From Candidatus Woesebacteria bacterium RIFCSPLOWO2_01_FULL_39_23 (GTDB lineage: Bacteria; Patescibacteriota; Microgenomatia; UBA8517), in NCBI GenBank assembly GCA_001793095.1, contig MGHG01000009.1, positions 157,042 through 221,041 on the forward strand: 64,000 bases of DNA, written 5' to 3'. The translations under genes were made by a program, and so were the position numbers. Below are positions 18,781 through 27,538 of this stretch, piece by piece. The stretch's first letter is position 1. Each line of letters starts with the position of its first letter. The notes beneath the pieces were generated by a model. That model did no database searches. It saw nothing but the letters and a program-made list of their open reading frames with translations, and was not told where the DNA came from.

Positions 18781-18831
18781 AATGTCTCCTTCCCAAGGAG
18801 AAGGTCGCCGGTTCGAATCCGGTCCGCTGCT
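18760..18831 (+). tRNA. tRNA-Gly (anticodon CCC)
   Basis: Hand fold: acceptor gcagcgg/ccgctgc, D-stem gttc/gaat, anticodon stem tctcc/ggaga with loop ttCCCaa, T-arm gccgg-ttcgaat-ccggt. Confidence 0.85.
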
Positions 18832-18851
18832 CAAAACTTATAAGGAAAATA

Positions 18852-18884
18852 GGATATACGGGTTCGACTCCCGTATCCCGCTCC
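18852..18884 (+). pseudogene. tRNA 3' fragment (T-arm acggg-ttcgact-cccgt plus acceptor-like atcccgc-t-cc)
   Basis: A GTTCGAnTC T-loop with a 5-bp stem followed by a 7-nt acceptor-like strand. No matching 5' half nearby; only 5/7 pairs with the upstream fragment. Confidence 0.35.
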
Positions 18885-19011
18885 TTATCGGAGTTCCTAT
18901 AAACCTCCCAACTTAACTCTGCAATCAACTTTTTTTGAAGTTTGAGTTAGTTAATTTAACCCAGTTTCAGTTTATCAATTTGAATTGGAATGTTAGAATT
19001 CAAAGAGTAAA

Positions 19012-19935
19012 ATGCTAAGAGAAGTAGACCGGCCTAATACCACGCGCTCTGTTATTGTAGACAAAATATTGCGATCTTCCGATGGCTCTTCAGCTAAATT
19101 AATCCAAATAATTAAACGTGAGGGTATTGCTACTATAGAGTCCGGAAGATATGAGGTAGGTTGCGAATCAATTTTCTGTCTTTCAACACAAATAGGTTGT
19201 GGGATGGGTTGCCAATTCTGTAGATCCACAGAGCCTTATGAGTTTTATCCCGGGAAACCTCAAAGAATATTAAGAAATTTAAGTACTCAAGAAATCGTTG
19301 ATCAAGCTTTTAATACTTTTGATGATGTACCTCCTCCTCAAGAATCAGCAGGGATAGTTTTTTCTTATATGGGCATGGGCGAACCATTTGCAAATCTTCG
19401 TGCTGTGAAAGATTCAATCAGGCAGTTAGGAGCAAAATACCCTAAGTCTCGGGTAACATTGTCAACGATAGCTTTTAATACCGTAGGTATTAGAGAACTG
19501 GCCGACGAAGTAGCATCCGGAATGTATCCAACACCCGTTAAACTCCACGTTTCTCTGCACAGTCCGTCTGACGAACAAAGACAACAGCTAATTCCTTATG
19601 CATCCTCCATCTCAGAGACGCTTGACGGAGCTGAGTATTATGCAAAAACTACAAACACAGTAGTGAAATTAAATTATGTACTTGTTGCAGGATTCAATAA
19701 TGATAAAGCTGACGCGGAAAAATTGGGAGCACTGCTTGAAAAAAGACGGGGCTTAGTTTTAAAGATCTCAGATTTAAATTCCAATGATAACAAATCTGTT
19801 GTTCAACCCGAAGAAGCAGACCGTTTTGAATCTTGGCTAAAAGAACTTAAAGTAGAAACATGCAGATTTTCCGGGAGAGGTAAAGATATCAATGCCGGAT
19901 GCGGAGAACTGGTCAAGGGAAAAAGAAATTTATAA
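19012..19935 (+). CDS. radical SAM enzyme of the RlmN/Cfr family (rRNA/tRNA adenine C2/C8 methyltransferase), short form
   Basis: CGMGCQFC (Cx3Cx2C) cluster, MGMGEPFAN, RVTLSTIA and C-terminal DINAGCGEL correspond to RlmN motifs including both mechanistic cysteines. It lacks the N-terminal extension. Confidence 0.7.
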   Translation: MLREVDRPNTTRSVIVDKILRSSDGSSAKLIQIIKREGIATIESGRYEVGCESIFCLSTQIGCGMGCQFCRSTEPYEFYPGKPQRILRNLSTQEIVDQAFNTFDDVPPPQESAGIVFSYMGMGEPFANLRAVKDSIRQLGAKYPKSRVTLSTIAFNTVGIRELADEVASGMYPTPVKLHVSLHSPSDEQRQQLIPYASSISETLDGAEYYAKTTNTVVKLNYVLVAGFNNDKADAEKLGALLEKRRGLVLKISDLNSNDNKSVVQPEEADRFESWLKELKVETCRFSGRGKDINAGCGELVKGKRNL

Positions 19936-19976
19936 ATTTACCCAATACGGTATCCGGCTCAAGTCAAAACATGTAA

Positions 19977-20243
19977 TTGCATTTGTGTTATGATTTATAT
20001 ACTATGAAAGTAGACCAAGTGAAAAGTACAATTTTTTTAACAATATTTGTTCTTACCTCGGCAATTTTAGCCTGGGGAGTTTGGAATAACTACAAACCTC
20101 AGGTTATCTACGCGTCATGTACTGACATCGCCGAAAAAACAACAAATTTAAGAAAATCTAAAGATATCGTAGAAGTGGGCGAAGGTGAATTCGATTCAGT
20201 TTTTAATAATTGCCTTGGCGACTCCGGCTACTTCGCTAAATAG
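19977..20243 (+). CDS. hypothetical small membrane protein (one N-terminal TM)
   Basis: ORF with a hydrophobic N-terminus; no family recognised. Confidence 0.35.
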   Translation: MHLCYDLYTMKVDQVKSTIFLTIFVLTSAILAWGVWNNYKPQVIYASCTDIAEKTTNLRKSKDIVEVGEGEFDSVFNNCLGDSGYFAK

Positions 20244-20332
20244 CTTCATATAATTACGTAATACTGCGAAAAATTTGATATAATTTGGTATCCAGGTTTT
20301 TTAGAACGGTGTTTTATATACAAAATCTATGT

Positions 20333-20405
20333 GCCGAGGTAGCTCAGTTGGCAGAGCGAGGCTTTCGTAAAGCTTAGGTCGTGGGTTCGACTCCCACCCT
20401 CGGCT
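20333..20405 (+). tRNA. tRNA-Thr (anticodon CGT)
   Basis: Hand fold: acceptor gccgagg/cctcggc, anticodon loop ttCGTaa, T-arm gtggg-ttcgact-cccac. Confidence 0.85.
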
Positions 20406-20437
20406 CATTTATTAGCGGATAGGTAAAGCTTAGATAT

Positions 20438-21154
20438 ATGACTAAATACTATTCCTATAAATCAAGAACCGAAGACAAACAAATCACTCAAAGTACTTTT
20501 AAGTTCTTTTTTTTAACTCTCATAGCCATTTCAACTATATTTTTCTTCGGCATCCCCGTGCTTACTAAGTTTTCGGAATTTTTAACCAATATTAATAAAA
20601 GCTCTAAAGTTGAAGATCGTGGTGATAAAATTCCTCCTCCCCCACCAAGAATCAACCAAATGCCTATCGCAACAAATAAAAATAAACTACAGATTAACGG
20701 CAATACGGAAGCCGGCGCTATCGTCAAACTATATCTGAATAGCGAAAATACCGAAACTGTGGCTAATTCGAGCGGCGACTTTTTATTCACTGTTATTTTA
20801 GACGAAGGAGATAATGAGTTATATGCTGTTGCGATCGATAAATCAGGTAATATTAGCAGTACAACTGAAACGGCAGTTGTTGAATATGATAAAACTGAGC
20901 CTACAATTGTGATTGCAAAACCGGCTGACAGTTCGAGTTTTTACGGCACTAAGCAAAAACGGGTTACAATTGAAGGGTCAACAGAAGCCCAAGCCGCGTT
21001 AACTATTAACGATAGGTTTGTACTCGTAAATGATGACGGAAAATTCAATTATATTTATAATCTGCAAGAGGGCGAAAATAAACTCACAATCAAAGCTCAG
21101 GATCCAGCCGGAAATTCTTCTGAAAAGCTTCTGACTCTTTTTTTTACTTCTTAA
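20438..21154 (+). CDS. membrane-anchored surface protein with a poly-Pro linker and Ig-like (Big-type) beta-sandwich repeats
   Basis: N-terminal TM, IPPPPPRINQ linker, then repeated Thr/Ser-rich beta-strand-like segments. Low complexity; no enzymatic motif. Confidence 0.45.
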   Translation: MTKYYSYKSRTEDKQITQSTFKFFFLTLIAISTIFFFGIPVLTKFSEFLTNINKSSKVEDRGDKIPPPPPRINQMPIATNKNKLQINGNTEAGAIVKLYLNSENTETVANSSGDFLFTVILDEGDNELYAVAIDKSGNISSTTETAVVEYDKTEPTIVIAKPADSSSFYGTKQKRVTIEGSTEAQAALTINDRFVLVNDDGKFNYIYNLQEGENKLTIKAQDPAGNSSEKLLTLFFTS

Positions 21155-22340
21155 TTTTCCTCTCTACAGATATTCCGAGTAGCAGTACCATCCAACCCAA
21201 TACCCAAGGATAGAATAAACTGTTAATAAAATTGGAATTAACAAGAACCGCAGCGGAGGAAATGATAAAGCTTTTTGAAAAAACGCTTGCGTCTAAATTT
21301 CTTATAATTTCTAATACTAATTTAATAAAAATGATAAATCCGATAATGCCCGTGGTTGCAAGTATAGTTAGTAACCCGGAATCACTGCCCGAACAGGAAT
21401 GAGAAATTATTGAATCACTAGTTAAATATTTCCTTCTCGCCGCACACATATTATTATATCCGACGCCAAAAAGCGGATTAACTTTAAATAGTTTTACCGT
21501 TTCCTTATAATTTTCTACTCTCGCATATACACTCGGAAGCCTTTCCAACCTCACCCCTTCACTTGCCGGTCTGGGTAAATTAAATACAATTAGTAAAAAG
21601 AAACCTAGAAAAATAAATAACCACTTAAGACTTTTATGAAAAATAAACAAACTTATCAAAAGCGATGCGATTAGCGCAAGGTATGAAGCCCGCGAATAAG
21701 TAAAAGCAATTGATAAGATAAAAAATAGTAAAAGTGGAATTAATTTAATGTTTTTCATTTCTAGAAACTTAGCAAGTATTAATATAAAACCCAACACAAG
21801 TATTATTCCTGTGAACCCAGGGTCAAGAAAAGATCCGACCAACCGATATAAGTGGTCGTCCCACCCGATATATTTCAAGTTCGTTAAATCAGGAATAAAA
21901 ATATATTGCACCCAACCCAAAAGGGCAACCAAAGTCACACTAAAAATCATATATAGAATGAGTGTACGTTTTTCCTTAATTTCTACGAAACAGTTATACA
22001 CAACTATTAAAAGAGAAGCGTAGGAAAGTGACCTTAGTATGTAAAACAGTCCGGTAATTATTACCTGGAAAGAAAATAATCCTAAGGCTAATATACCGGA
22101 AAATAGTATTACTAAAAAGTAATTGCCGACATACTTAAAGAATGGTGGTTGTTTAATATTTCGCCTGACAAGGAAAGGTAGGGAAAGAAGTGCAATTATA
22201 TCAATCGGTTGTATAGACAATCTTCCGAAACTATAAATACTCTCAAAACGCATCAGCTGTCCCAAAGGAAAAAGTATTAAAAATATATATACCAACGTTT
22301 TTCCTATTATTTGTGTAACGTGTTTCTCTGAATTAGCCAT
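21144..22340 (-). CDS. O-antigen ligase / Wzy_C-like polytopic membrane protein
   Basis: About 10 TM helices with a large loop (VGYNNMCAARRKY...). Topology and size are typical of the O-antigen ligase / polymerase family. It is adjacent to four GT2 genes. Confidence 0.5.
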   Translation of the reverse strand: MANSEKHVTQIIGKTLVYIFLILFPLGQLMRFESIYSFGRLSIQPIDIIALLSLPFLVRRNIKQPPFFKYVGNYFLVILFSGILALGLFSFQVIITGLFYILRSLSYASLLIVVYNCFVEIKEKRTLILYMIFSVTLVALLGWVQYIFIPDLTNLKYIGWDDHLYRLVGSFLDPGFTGIILVLGFILILAKFLEMKNIKLIPLLLFFILSIAFTYSRASYLALIASLLISLFIFHKSLKWLFIFLGFFLLIVFNLPRPASEGVRLERLPSVYARVENYKETVKLFKVNPLFGVGYNNMCAARRKYLTSDSIISHSCSGSDSGLLTILATTGIIGFIIFIKLVLEIIRNLDASVFSKSFIISSAAVLVNSNFINSLFYPWVLGWMVLLLGISVERKIKK

Positions 22341-23056
22341 ATATTACTCCAAGCCAAAAATGAATGTAGACTCATGATAACCGCGTAAACAAAACCGGCT
22401 ACCCCGTCTAAAAATCCCAATTTAAAAAAATAGAATTTAATAAATTTATATTTGGGGTAAAAAATAATCTTAAAAATATTTGAGATCTTGCCTTCATGCA
22501 TATTTTCACGAACGTGCAAAGATGCATAATAATTTATATTTTTGATAAAATCTGAAATCCTCGGATGGGGGTAATGCATAATCGGATTTTTAAGTTCGGC
22601 CTTCGAACCATCAATATTCCAGGTTTCATGAATACGCCTTGTCCATCTACCGGCATCTTTTCTTCCCAGTCTCAATAATCTGACAGAACCAACCTCTCCA
22701 TGACTAAGCAATTTACCGGCGAAGTAGTCATTTCTTTTAAAATAAAATCCGGCATAGTTTTCTTCCTTTATTGCTATCAAAATTTCAGCCGCAGTATTGT
22801 CGGAAATTCGCTCATCAGGGTCCAAAAATAATACCCACTCCCAGGATGCTTTGTCTAAACCAAAATTGCGTTGTGCGGCAAAATTATCGTTTAACTTTCT
22901 TTTAAAAACTTTTGCGGAGAGTTTTTTAGCAATTGCAACGGTTTTATCACCAGAGAAATCGTCGATAATTATGATTTCATCGCTGAAATCCAAAGGCTTA
23001 ATGCACTCTGCGATATTCAACTCATTATCTTTTGTCAAAATAACTGTCGAGAGCAT
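22307..23056 (-). CDS. family 2 glycosyltransferase (KdtX/WaaE-like)
   Basis: N-terminal VILTKDNE...IIIIDDFSGD...DPDE DxD region. Confidence 0.7.
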   Translation of the reverse strand: MLSTVILTKDNELNIAECIKPLDFSDEIIIIDDFSGDKTVAIAKKLSAKVFKRKLNDNFAAQRNFGLDKASWEWVLFLDPDERISDNTAAEILIAIKEENYAGFYFKRNDYFAGKLLSHGEVGSVRLLRLGRKDAGRWTRRIHETWNIDGSKAELKNPIMHYPHPRISDFIKNINYYASLHVRENMHEGKISNIFKIIFYPKYKFIKFYFFKLGFLDGVAGFVYAVIMSLHSFLAWSNIWLIQRNTLHK

Positions 23057-23060
23057 GGTA

Positions 23061-23813
23061 TTAGTGCTTAAAAATAGGAGATCTAAACAAACCAGCCTTA
23101 TCCAACAAGTATTTGCCTAGACACTGAAGAGTTTCCAATCCATAAACTACTCCCCTCTTAAAATTTTGTGACGAGGCTTCGGGAAAATAGCGTGCGGGAA
23201 TTGAAATTTCGCCGATTCTGTATCTGGAATATGCAGCAGAAATTAAGAGTTCCTGATCAAATACAAAGTCGTTTGAAAACATTTCAAAAGGAATATTTTT
23301 TAAAACGTCTGCTTTATAGGCTCTAAATCCGGTATGATATTCACCTAAATTCAAACCCAGAAATATATTTTCTATTAACGTCAGAAACCTATTGGAAAAG
23401 TATTTATACGGAGCCATTCCGGATTCAAGGGCTTCTTTGCGTGTCCTTATCCGACTGCCTAACATAATATCCAACCAGCCGTCCATAAGCGGCCTTATAA
23501 GCTCGTTTGCTAAAGTACTGTCATATTGATAATCCGGATGGATCATAACTATTATGTCAGGCTTAAGTTTTAAGGCATTTCGGTAGCATGTTTTTTGGTT
23601 ACCGCCGTATCCTAAATTATTTTTATGAACAAATACTTTGATACCAAGTTTTTTTGCAATCGCAACTGTTTTATCCGAGCTTTTATCGTCAACTAAAATA
23701 ATACTGCTGATCTCCTTTAGATTTGCCGGAATATCCTTATATGTTTTAACAATTGTTTTCTCGGCATTATAGGCCGGCATAACAATTACAACCTTTCTAT
23801 TAACGTTTTTCAT
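23061..23813 (-). CDS. family 2 glycosyltransferase, polyprenyl-phosphate sugar synthase-like (Dpm1/ArnC-like)
   Basis: VVIVMPAYNAEKTI...ILVDDKSSDKT...GSRI pattern. Confidence 0.7.
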   Translation of the reverse strand: MKNVNRKVVIVMPAYNAEKTIVKTYKDIPANLKEISSIILVDDKSSDKTVAIAKKLGIKVFVHKNNLGYGGNQKTCYRNALKLKPDIIVMIHPDYQYDSTLANELIRPLMDGWLDIMLGSRIRTRKEALESGMAPYKYFSNRFLTLIENIFLGLNLGEYHTGFRAYKADVLKNIPFEMFSNDFVFDQELLISAAYSRYRIGEISIPARYFPEASSQNFKRGVVYGLETLQCLGKYLLDKAGLFRSPIFKH

Positions 23814-23817
23814 ATAT

Positions 23818-26106
23818 CTACTTTCCTACTAACAAACCTCCTTTTTGGTAGACAATGTTCCCGAAGTTATTCGGAAAATAGTTCCCTCCTTCATAAATTG
23901 TATAAATAATTTTGGCATTTGCTTGTGGTTCATTTCCCTCTAACCACAACAAATACTGATAATTCCGAGCAAAATCATAATCAAAATAATCGTAAATACC
24001 TCTTCGCTTTAATGAAAAAGCTGCACCATGCACATCATCACTTATATATTTTACTGCATCGGTTTGTAAGCTGTAAGGCACAAAGTAGGGCTCCTCAGAA
24101 ATAAAGTTCTGCTGGCTCTTGTGATTACGGTCAGTTATTAAAAAGTTTATATTTATAATTGCTAATAGTCCCAGCACTAAGGTCACTAGTAATTTTCCTG
24201 ATAAATTACTCTTATATACGTTTATTAACAAAAGCGAAAATAATACGATAGGCAATGGAAAAATCGGTAAATAATAATGAACTGGCGCTTCGCCATGCAA
24301 AAACAAAGCAACTATTCCGAAATTAAATATCGCTAACATGACTAAGTCGGAGTTTGTAATTCGTTTGTGTATTAAAATAAGTAGAACTTTGATAACTACA
24401 TAAAGAACTATCGAAATAACAAACACAAAAGCTATTGGCGTTTGTTTAGGCAAAAAACTTAAAAATAAAAATTCGTTTAAGGAATTAGCGCTATTCATGA
24501 ACGAGGATGGAGACAAATTGTTTTTTGGATATAAACCAGCAAAGCCTAGAAGCCTGAAGGGTATCCAAAGTAACAGATTTTTTACCATTCGGAAACCACC
24601 CTTCGCGTCATAAATTAAAAGTGGTGTAAGAGGAAGTAGCATACCTATAATTGAGGAGTAAAAATCTTTTAAACGATACTTCGACAGGCTCAGTATCATC
24701 CTGAGCGTAGTCGAAGGATGACTTGATACTTTCTTAACATATATCAGAAATATCGTAACCGGTATTAAAAAAAGGGGGGTGTAATGAAAACTAAACATTA
24801 TACCCAGAGTAAAAAATAGCCAAAACAAATATTTCTTCTCACCCTCGATAATTTTATATAACAAGAAGATATAAGGATAAATTAACAGTGCCACGATATT
24901 AAAAAATCTCGCCTCCAATGAAAATCTCAGATATAAAGGCGAGATGACAATTAATAGTGATGAAATCGTAGCGACGTATTTATCGAATAATTTTGCAATT
25001 ACACTATAGTTTAGAGGAATTATTAAAGCAGAAATAAAGGCACCAAAATATGCGTAACTCAGGGGATTGAATTTGGTAATAAGTAATATTGGTGTATAAA
25101 TCCAGTAAAATAATGGGCCGAATCTGAGCCACGGATGTGATGTTGGTGGTCCAATTAACGGAATTGTCCGATATAGAACAAGGTTTTTAATTTCAAGAAG
25201 ATTGTCACCTACCTCTGAAGTGAAAGGAAAGACGCTACTAAGTTTATAGACTCTTAACAATAAACCGACTAAAGTCAGAGCCAAAATAAGTGCAGAATAT
25301 TTTGAAAAGCGTGCAAATAGTTCAACTATACCGGCCTGAATTAATCCAAAATGTTTTCTGAAGTAATAAAACCTGCTTTTCCTAAAATAAGTCATTAACT
25401 TTTCGTTACCCTTGTTATTGTCCCAAAAGTGAATAATTTTCGCTTGCTGGTTTAAATATATTTTATACCCCGCATCCCGTACTCTTTTGCACAAATCCTG
25501 TTCCTCAAAATATAAAAACATGTTCTCATCAAATCCGCGAACTTCTTCAAATACACTCTGCCTAATCAAAAATGCAGAACCCGGTATCGTAAAAGCTTCT
25601 TTTAGTTTTCCGTTAATATTTTCCTTCAACCAATAAGCTCTGGCATATTTATTGTCAGGCAGTATTTTGGCTATAAATGTTAGTGCAAAAATAGCTGTTA
25701 GCGGTGTTAACTTCCCATACCCTGTCTGGTAGATAACTTTTGCGTTAGTGTCAATTATCTTTGGCGCAACTATCGCTATCTCTTTATTTTTAATGAGAGG
25801 TTCGCATAGTTTATTAAGCGTGCCGGGAAGCACTAGAGTATCCGGATTTAATATTAAAAGAAAGTCTCCTTTAGCATATTTTGCCGCTAAATTATTTCCT
25901 GCTCCATAGCCTAAATTTTTTCGGGATTTAACGTATTTAACGTGCTTATTCTTATATCGTCCAAGGTCTTTATTGACACTATTATCGACAATAATAATTT
26001 CATATTTAATAGCCCTAATGGATTTTTCCAATGATTTAATACAACTTATTAATTCACTATTAGTGTTGTAGTTGACAATTAAAACCGATATTTGGGGTTT
26101 ATTCAT
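23818..26106 (-). CDS. fusion of N-terminal GT2 catalytic domain with a large C-terminal polytopic membrane domain (GT-C / ArnT-like candidate)
   Basis: The first about 280 aa are GT2 (ISVLIVNYNT...IIIVDNSVNKD...NPDT). The remaining about 480 aa have at least 12 hydrophobic helices. Confidence 0.65.
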   Translation of the reverse strand: MNKPQISVLIVNYNTNSELISCIKSLEKSIRAIKYEIIIVDNSVNKDLGRYKNKHVKYVKSRKNLGYGAGNNLAAKYAKGDFLLILNPDTLVLPGTLNKLCEPLIKNKEIAIVAPKIIDTNAKVIYQTGYGKLTPLTAIFALTFIAKILPDNKYARAYWLKENINGKLKEAFTIPGSAFLIRQSVFEEVRGFDENMFLYFEEQDLCKRVRDAGYKIYLNQQAKIIHFWDNNKGNEKLMTYFRKSRFYYFRKHFGLIQAGIVELFARFSKYSALILALTLVGLLLRVYKLSSVFPFTSEVGDNLLEIKNLVLYRTIPLIGPPTSHPWLRFGPLFYWIYTPILLITKFNPLSYAYFGAFISALIIPLNYSVIAKLFDKYVATISSLLIVISPLYLRFSLEARFFNIVALLIYPYIFLLYKIIEGEKKYLFWLFFTLGIMFSFHYTPLFLIPVTIFLIYVKKVSSHPSTTLRMILSLSKYRLKDFYSSIIGMLLPLTPLLIYDAKGGFRMVKNLLLWIPFRLLGFAGLYPKNNLSPSSFMNSANSLNEFLFLSFLPKQTPIAFVFVISIVLYVVIKVLLILIHKRITNSDLVMLAIFNFGIVALFLHGEAPVHYYLPIFPLPIVLFSLLLINVYKSNLSGKLLVTLVLGLLAIININFLITDRNHKSQQNFISEEPYFVPYSLQTDAVKYISDDVHGAAFSLKRRGIYDYFDYDFARNYQYLLWLEGNEPQANAKIIYTIYEGGNYFPNNFGNIVYQKGGLLVGK

Positions 26107-26113
26107 TGCTAAG

Positions 26114-27172
26114 TTACTTTACAACAAGACCTATAAAGAAGCCAGCCATAACGGCCGCATCGGAAGAAAATTGAAGTAGAATTCCAAATAAACCCGCTTT
26201 CCAGTCACTTGTCTCAATATAAACTTTTCTGAATGCCCAGAATATATAAAAAACACAACCCAATATTATTGGGAAATCTAGTGATGTAATAAAAAAGGAT
26301 AAAAACACAAGATATAGTGCGACCAAATATCTGAAATAAATAAATAATATTTTAATATTGTGCGTCGAAAATTTCTTAACCGGGTGCCACCAAATTCCGG
26401 ACTTTGCATCACCTTTTGCATATAAATAAATTTTTTTCATGGCTTCAACGTATGTCGTCGGTAATTTCCAAAATACAATAGCGCTTTTTTCCCGGACGAT
26501 ATCCGCTCCTGCTTCAATAATTTTTAAACTGAAAACCGTATCTTCCGCAGTATCTTTAAGATTTTCAGGAAATCCCCCCACCATACTCCAAAGCGTTTTT
26601 CTGAAAGCCAAGGACCTGGCCGAAGCTAAATAATAATCATCAAATCTTGACGGTGTAATGCCGATAAAAACCGAAAGCGCTTTTCGGAAATGCGTATCCC
26701 CGATCATGTCATAAAATCCCGCTACTAAATCTACGTTTTCATCCTCAAACGGTTTGGTAATTTTTTCTAGCCAGTGTTTTTCGGCAATACAACCTGCATC
26801 GGTCGTGGCAATAATTTCTCCTCTCGCTGATTTGATACCTATATTTCTTGCTTCGGCCCTTGAAGTATTAAACTGAAACAAGTGAATACTCTTCTCAGCC
26901 TTTTGATATCTTTTTACAATATCCGGAGTTTTATCGCTTGAACCTCCGTCCACGACAACTATTTCATCCGCCTTTGTTGACTGGTTAAGAAGCGATTCAA
27001 GAAGGGCAGCAATTGTTGGTTCTTCATTCAGAACCGTTACAACCACCGTTACTTTCACAGAATAAGTATAGCAGATCTCGTGAATACCAGCTTCATCAAA
27101 TAGCATTGACCGTGTGCAATTATTGTAGTAAAAATATATATGACCAAAAAAAGTGACAGGGCTAAATATCAA
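26114..27172 (-). CDS. family 2 glycosyltransferase with C-terminal TM anchor
   Basis: VTVVVTVLNEEPTI...IVVVDGGSSDKT...TDAG, plus about 4 C-terminal TM helices. Confidence 0.7.
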   Translation of the reverse strand: MIFSPVTFFGHIYFYYNNCTRSMLFDEAGIHEICYTYSVKVTVVVTVLNEEPTIAALLESLLNQSTKADEIVVVDGGSSDKTPDIVKRYQKAEKSIHLFQFNTSRAEARNIGIKSARGEIIATTDAGCIAEKHWLEKITKPFEDENVDLVAGFYDMIGDTHFRKALSVFIGITPSRFDDYYLASARSLAFRKTLWSMVGGFPENLKDTAEDTVFSLKIIEAGADIVREKSAIVFWKLPTTYVEAMKKIYLYAKGDAKSGIWWHPVKKFSTHNIKILFIYFRYLVALYLVFLSFFITSLDFPIILGCVFYIFWAFRKVYIETSDWKAGLFGILLQFSSDAAVMAGFFIGLVVK

Positions 27173-27538
27173 AAATTTAATTTCAAGGATACGCTTCTAA
27201 ATTTTCAGTTATGGGCTTTTGCAACCGCATATCAACTGTTTGGGTTGTACGCTGCCATACTATCCTTACCAAGTAAAAGTGCAGTTGTTTCGCCTATCCA
27301 ATCTATAACGTCCCAGATAGTAACAAATACTAAAAATGTAGTCTTACCTACAGGCGGCCGACCCGTAAAACCAATACAATTGGCATTATTCCTGCAAATT
27401 ATTATTTTTAATATATTTTTCGTATTAATTTATTATTTAATAAACAAAACCAATAAGAAAATCTATAATCCTTATGCGATTCTATGCGTAGGAGTAATAA
27501 TAAGTCTAGTTTTTGTGGTTATTTCTAGAGTTTTGTGA
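27140..27538 (+). CDS. hypothetical membrane protein (questionable ORF)
   Basis: Only an ORF with a hydrophobic C-terminus in a 350-bp gap between two minus-strand genes. Confidence 0.25.
   Translation: MTKKSDRAKYQKFNFKDTLLNFQLWAFATAYQLFGLYAAILSLPSKSAVVSPIQSITSQIVTNTKNVVLPTGGRPVKPIQLALFLQIIIFNIFFVLIYYLINKTNKKIYNPYAILCVGVIISLVFVVISRVL

Noticed and set aside
18381-18884. Single split or intron-containing tRNA: 5' half at 18381 spliced to 3' half at 18852, with the GIY-YIG ORF and tRNA-Gly as an intron
   Set aside because: The acceptor strands pair at only 5 of 7 positions (gcgggcg vs atcccgc). No 3' anticodon-stem complement (ggaga) is present in the 3' fragment. I could not see group I intron P/Q/R/S core elements by eye.
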